Assembly (NCBI RefSeq): GCF_000315625.1
Contig: NW_005434588.1
Span: forward strand, 224,558-286,760
DNA: 62,203 bases
Direction of reading: 5' to 3'
From: Guillardia theta CCMP2712
Lineage: Eukaryota > Protista > Cryptophyta
Shown: positions 57,568-62,203 of the stretch, one piece after another
Numbering within the stretch: the stretch's first letter is position 1
Layout of the letters: each line of letters begins with the position of its first letter
Translations under genes and position numbers: made by a program
The notes under the pieces: model-generated
The model's database searches: none
The model's input: the letters and a program-made list of their open reading frames with translations, nothing else
What the model was told of the DNA's origin: nothing

Positions 57568-58810
57568 ATGTGGCGATATTTCTCGTTCAGCTACAGCAGG
57601 GGGGTGCTCGGGTTGCAGAGAAATTTCACAAGATCGCTCGGAGCACGCTTTCGCCCTGGCTCCTCTCCCTCCAGCAGGTTTAGACGATTTGCCATGTTTG
57701 TCGGCAGTAGGGTGCCGCTCAAGAAGAACGCCGCTGCTGTGCTGTGCGGGGCTGCTGTTGGCGCTGCATTTTATGCATGCTGCCCACTCCGGTGCGACTC
57801 GACGGCATTCAGAGATAGTTTCATGCAGCTGGAGCGGCAAGAGGATCGGTTCCAGCTCCTCGTGAAGCTGGGATCAGGCGGGCAGGGAGAGGTGTATAAG
57901 GCCTACGACAAGGTGCTGAAGAAGAACGTCGCGGTGAAGGTAACGCCCAAAAGGCATCCGGGCATGAAGGACGAAGAGTGGCAGGAGCGAGCGGTGAGGT
58001 CGCTGCGATCAGAGGCGAGGTTGATGGAGAGGATAGGATCACACAAGAGCCTCATCGCGATCGAGGGCATGTGCGAGACGGAGGATGCCTGGTTCACGGT
58101 GATGACGCTGGCGGACGGAGGAGCGTTGTTTGATCACGTTGTGCGGCATGGGGAGCTGTCGGAGGCGCTGGCGAGCGACTACATGCTGCAAATTACGAGC
58201 GCGATCCTCCACCTGCACAGGAGGAAGTTCGTCCACGGGGACGTGAAGCCTGAGAACATCCTGCTGTGCTCCTCCGACCCGACCTCCAACGTGAAGCTGT
58301 GCGACTTCGGGATGGCGAGGGAGGAGGGGGGAGAGTTTGAGGTGGAGGTAGACAGGGGAACTTTCGACTTCTGGGCTCCTGAGATCATCAAGAGGAAGCC
58401 TTGCTCCTCCTCCATCGACATGTGGGCCCTTGGCGTTGTCCTCTTCATCATGCTGTGCGGGTCCCACCCGTTCGACCCCACGGCCTCCTGCTCGGACTCG
58501 GAGATCCTGTCCAACATCTGCGAGGGGAGGTTGGACCGGAGCAACGACGTGTGGCCGCTGCTCTCCTTGTCCTGCAAGAGCTTTATAGAGGCCCTGCTCC
58601 ACCCTGACCCGGAGAAGAGAATGAGTGCTGAGGAGGCGCTGCAGCATCCTTGGATGGTGGACCAGGCGACGACGGAGGCGCTGCCGATCCTGCAGCAGCA
58701 GAGGCTGCAGGGGTACCAGGCGCTGAGCAGGTTGAGGAGGACAGTGAAGTCCCTCCAGCTCGATGTTGACTCGCTCTTCAACCGTTTTGCGCGAGAGGCA
58801 GGAGGTCGAT

Positions 58811-58850
<40 letters not shown>

Positions 58851-60597
58851 GGAGGAGGAAATGGAGGTAGAGCAACTTGGAGAGGTATTTGCTGCTCTGG
58901 GCATCAAGCTGAGCAAGGATGCACTGGAGGCTGTGAAGGAGATAGGAGATCTGGACTGCAACGGAAAGATCTCGAGGACGGAGTTCTCGCAGATGTTGAG
59001 GATGAAGTCGAAGCAGGAGAGCGCAGAATGGCACGAGGACCAAGTGGTGCAGGTACGAGTGCTCCCTTCTCTTTCCCTTCCTTTCCCCTCTCCTCCCCGC
59101 CTCTCCCTCGCCCTCTCCTCTNNNNNNNNNNNNNNNNNNNNNNNNNNNNNNNNNNNNNNNNNNNNNNNNNNNNNNNNNNNNNNNNNNNNNNNNNNNNNNN
59201 NNNNNNNNNNNNNNNNNNNNNCCTCCCCCTCCCTCCTTCCCCACCTCCCCACCTCCTCCCCTCCCCTCCCCTCCCCTCCCCTCCCTCCCCTCCCCCTCCC
59301 CTCCCCCTCCCCTCCCCTCCCTCCCCTCTAATCCCTTCTCCCTCCCTTTCTCCCTCCCTCTCTCCACTCCCCATCTTCCTACCCCTTCCCCCCTCTCCTC
59401 CCCACTTACCATTTTCCTTCCCTCCCCTCGCTCTCTTCTTGCCTCGCCCTACCTCCCTCCCCATTCTCCTCGACTTGTTTGATTTCTTCCTTCAGTTGTT
59501 CAGAATCTTCGACGAGAATGGTCTCTCCTCTCCCTTCCCTACCCTCTTCTTCCTATTTACACCCCACCTCCTTCCATTCCTTTCTCCCTCCCTCTCCCCC
59601 TTCGCTCCCTCCCCCTTCCTCTTTCTCCTTTCTCCCTCTCCCTCCCCCTCCTTCAACCTCTTTCCCTTCTGATCTCTTCCCCCTTCTCATTCCCAGCCTC
59701 TCTCTTTCTCCCTTCTCCTCCTCTCTCTCCTCTCCTGTGCTCTTCTCTTTCCCTTCGCTTTGCCATCCTCCTCCTCCTCCTCCTACCTGAACTTCCTACA
59801 GGTGATGGACAAATCGTCAAGGAAGAGCTCATTCATGTTATGAGCTTGCTGGTATAAGAGAGGATGAGAGAAGAGAAGAAAAGAGGAGGAGAGGGGAAAA
59901 GAGGAATGGTTGGGAGGAGGGAAAACAAGGGATGAAGGAAGAGGAGGAGAGGGGAGGAGAGTAGAAAAGCGAGGAGGAGTGGCTAGCCGGGAAAGCAGTG
60001 AGGCGGGAGGGGAAGAATAGACGAGAGGAGGAGAAGGGAGGAGAGGGAGGAGGGGAAGGAAGCGAAGATGCTGAGATTTTGAATCAGGGAAAGAAAATGA
60101 GCTATGAAGAGGCCGAGGCGATGATAAAGAAAGGTTCATTCCCTCCCTCCTCCTCCTCCTCCTCCTCTCTCACTTTCTCCCTTCCCCTTCTGCCTGTTTT
60201 CTCCCGCTCGCCTCAACGCTTCCCCTCCACCCACCCCAGTTCCTTTCCTCTATCCGCCTTTCTCCTCAACCCCATCCCCTCCTCCACATCTTCTCAATCC
60301 TCCTCCCTCCCTCCCACCACCACCGCCGCAACTCCCCTCCTCCTCCCCTCCCTCCTCCTCCTCCCCTTCCTCCTCCTCCTCCTCCTCCTTCTCCCCTCCC
60401 CCCACACCACTTCCTGCTCTCAATCTTCCTCCCGCTCTCCTCCGCTTTTCTTCTCATCCCCCTCAAGCTGTAGGACATTCAGCGACAGGAATTCATCTCG
60501 ATGCATTCAGAAGACTTCTCAAGGTATCTTCATTCCTTTCTTGTCCTCCTCAAAGTTTTCTTGCTCATTTCATCGTTTACAGGAAGGAGCGATATAA
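57568..60597 (+). CDS. Calcium-dependent protein kinase-like (CAMK domain plus EF-hands) with a presequence-like N-terminus
   Basis: Exons 57568-59052, 59496-59520, 59802-59851, 60088-60133, 60469-60522 and 60583-60597. Kinase motifs LGSGGQGEV, VAVK, HGDVKPEN, DFG, WAPE, DMWALG. EF-hands DLDCNGKISRTE and DENGDGQIVKEE. Confidence 0.88.
59122..59221. other. Assembly gap (100 N) within a kinase intron
   Basis: Run of n. Confidence 1.
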
Positions 60598-60957
60598 ACT
60601 CTCCTTCCCTCCTCTTCTTCTTTCCTTACACTCCTGACTTCTGTCATGATGGGATTTCTTCCCGTCGTCATGTTTGCTAATTGTTTGTTTATCTTCAACC
60701 GCAAAGAATAATAATTCAAGACTATCTGGTGTATCGGATCTTCAATCGTCGGAGAATTTGATATGTACGCGCTACAAGAAGAGATGCGTCAACAAAAATA
60801 TCTCTCACCAACAAATAATCTCTCATTCACAAATAATCTCTCACCAACAACTCATATCTCATCAACTCAACATCTCTGACCAACAACCCATCTCTCACCA
60901 GCAACTCATCGTTCATCATCAACGCATATCTCACTTTCTCCCCATTCACGTCGCATC

Positions 60958-61137
60958 TCATCGCCTCACCTTTGTTTGTTGTGCTTCTTTGAGCTTCTCC
61001 TGCTCCATCCGCTTCGCCTCCTGCCTCGCTGCCCATGAAGGATGAACATCCGGCGTTCGCTTCTCCTTCTCCCCCGACCTCCTCCCTTCCTCTCCATCTC
61101 TTCGCACTCCTCCTCTTCCACCTCCTCCTCTTCCACC

Positions 61138-61232
<95 letters not shown>

Positions 61233-62203
61233 CTCTCAGATCCTCGACCATTTCTCAGGCTCGTCGCCTGACCAGCTTGTGAACGTCGTGGTGGACGAAG
61301 AAGAAGGGTATTCGATCACCTGAATCTCCCCTGTCGAACTTTCCCAAGCTCCCTCGCTCCTTTCCCCCCCCACCTTGTCCCTCCCCTCCTTGCTTTCTCC
61401 CTGGATTCATGATTCAACTCCTTCCATCGCGCTCGCCTCTCCCATCTCTCCTGCTCGTCGCCTCTCACCTCTCACATTTCTTCCTCCCTCCAGCCGCGTC
61501 ATCCAACAAGTCCCGCGGGTGAGCAGCAAGTAGCACCAGCACAGCTACCTCACACCCTCCTGCAGGCCTGGACGAGTTTCCGAGCGAGCATCACCAACCA
61601 CACAGAGCAGGAGAGAGAAGCTCTGGTCTCCAGGTTCCTGCAGGCCGCCAGTGACGGGGAGGATGAGGAGGTTGTTTCTGAGAGTGTTCATCCTCCTCCT
61701 CAAGCTCCTCCTCCTCAAGCTCCTCCTCCTCCTCCAGCTCCTCCTCTGAGACCCTCAGCAGATCCTGACGCTCGTCGAACGGCATCACGTTCCTATCGAG
61801 GCCTGGGACAGGACGATGGAGGGACAACGGGCTGTTCACTTCGTGCGATCTCCATCCTCCTCCTCCTCAACCACCACCACCACCTCCTCCTCCTCCTCCT
61901 CCACCTCCACTTCCTCCTTCCTTCTCCACCTCCTCGTCCTCCACCACCACCACCTCCTCCACCACCTTTCCAATTGATTCGCTCTCGGCAACTCTTCGCG
62001 TGCAACTGCTCACTTTCTTCTCCAATGCTCTATTTCTTCTTTAGCTCCTCCTCCAGCTCCTCCCCAGCTCCTCGTCCAGCTCTTCTTAGCTCTTTCTGAG
62101 TTGCAAGTAGGCGGCATCGGGGGGTCACCTTGAAGTCCTTGGGACCCTCAGGAAGCTCGGAGCTGAGATGACTGCGATGGACTTTGCGGGGAGAACTGCG
62201 CTC
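60958..62203 (-). CDS. 3' part of a hypothetical multi-exon gene extending beyond the window
   Basis: Coding-like exons (..VIEYPSSSTTTFTSWSGDEPEKW, ..WAARQEAKRMEQEKLKEAQQTKVRR*) between low-complexity introns. Confidence 0.4.

Overview
Eukaryotic nuclear DNA, gene-dense and intron-rich. It has many short GT-AG introns and long CT- or GA-rich low-complexity introns, bipartite plastid-targeting leaders (signal peptide plus AF motif) and one 100-N gap. By inference it comes from a cryptophyte alga (Guillardia/Hanusia-like). I reconstructed about 17 genes by hand-splicing: an M16A insulinase (5'-partial), REI1/ZNF622, an intronless multi-TM plus HET-domain protein, a plastid APH/homoserine-kinase-like protein, a Tat-type thylakoid-lumen Ala/Lys-rich protein, COMMD5, a CENP-B-type HTH protein, HVA22/REEP, TLS1/C9orf78, a plastid DUF1997 protein, a divergent kinase, a multi-C2 protein, a CDPK-like kinase and several hypotheticals. 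The highlight is a head-to-head pair at 44983-53222: a bacterial ArsJ-associated-type GAPDH (minus strand, 11 exons) and an ArsJ-family organoarsenical MFS exporter (plus strand, 19 exons). This matches the bacterial gapdh-arsJ arsenate-detoxification module, kept as a linked and fully intron-containing unit in an alga. The ArsJ carries an extra 8-Cys loop. Most ORFs in the supplied track are shadows of low-complexity DNA. All family calls come from motif recognition, not database searches.
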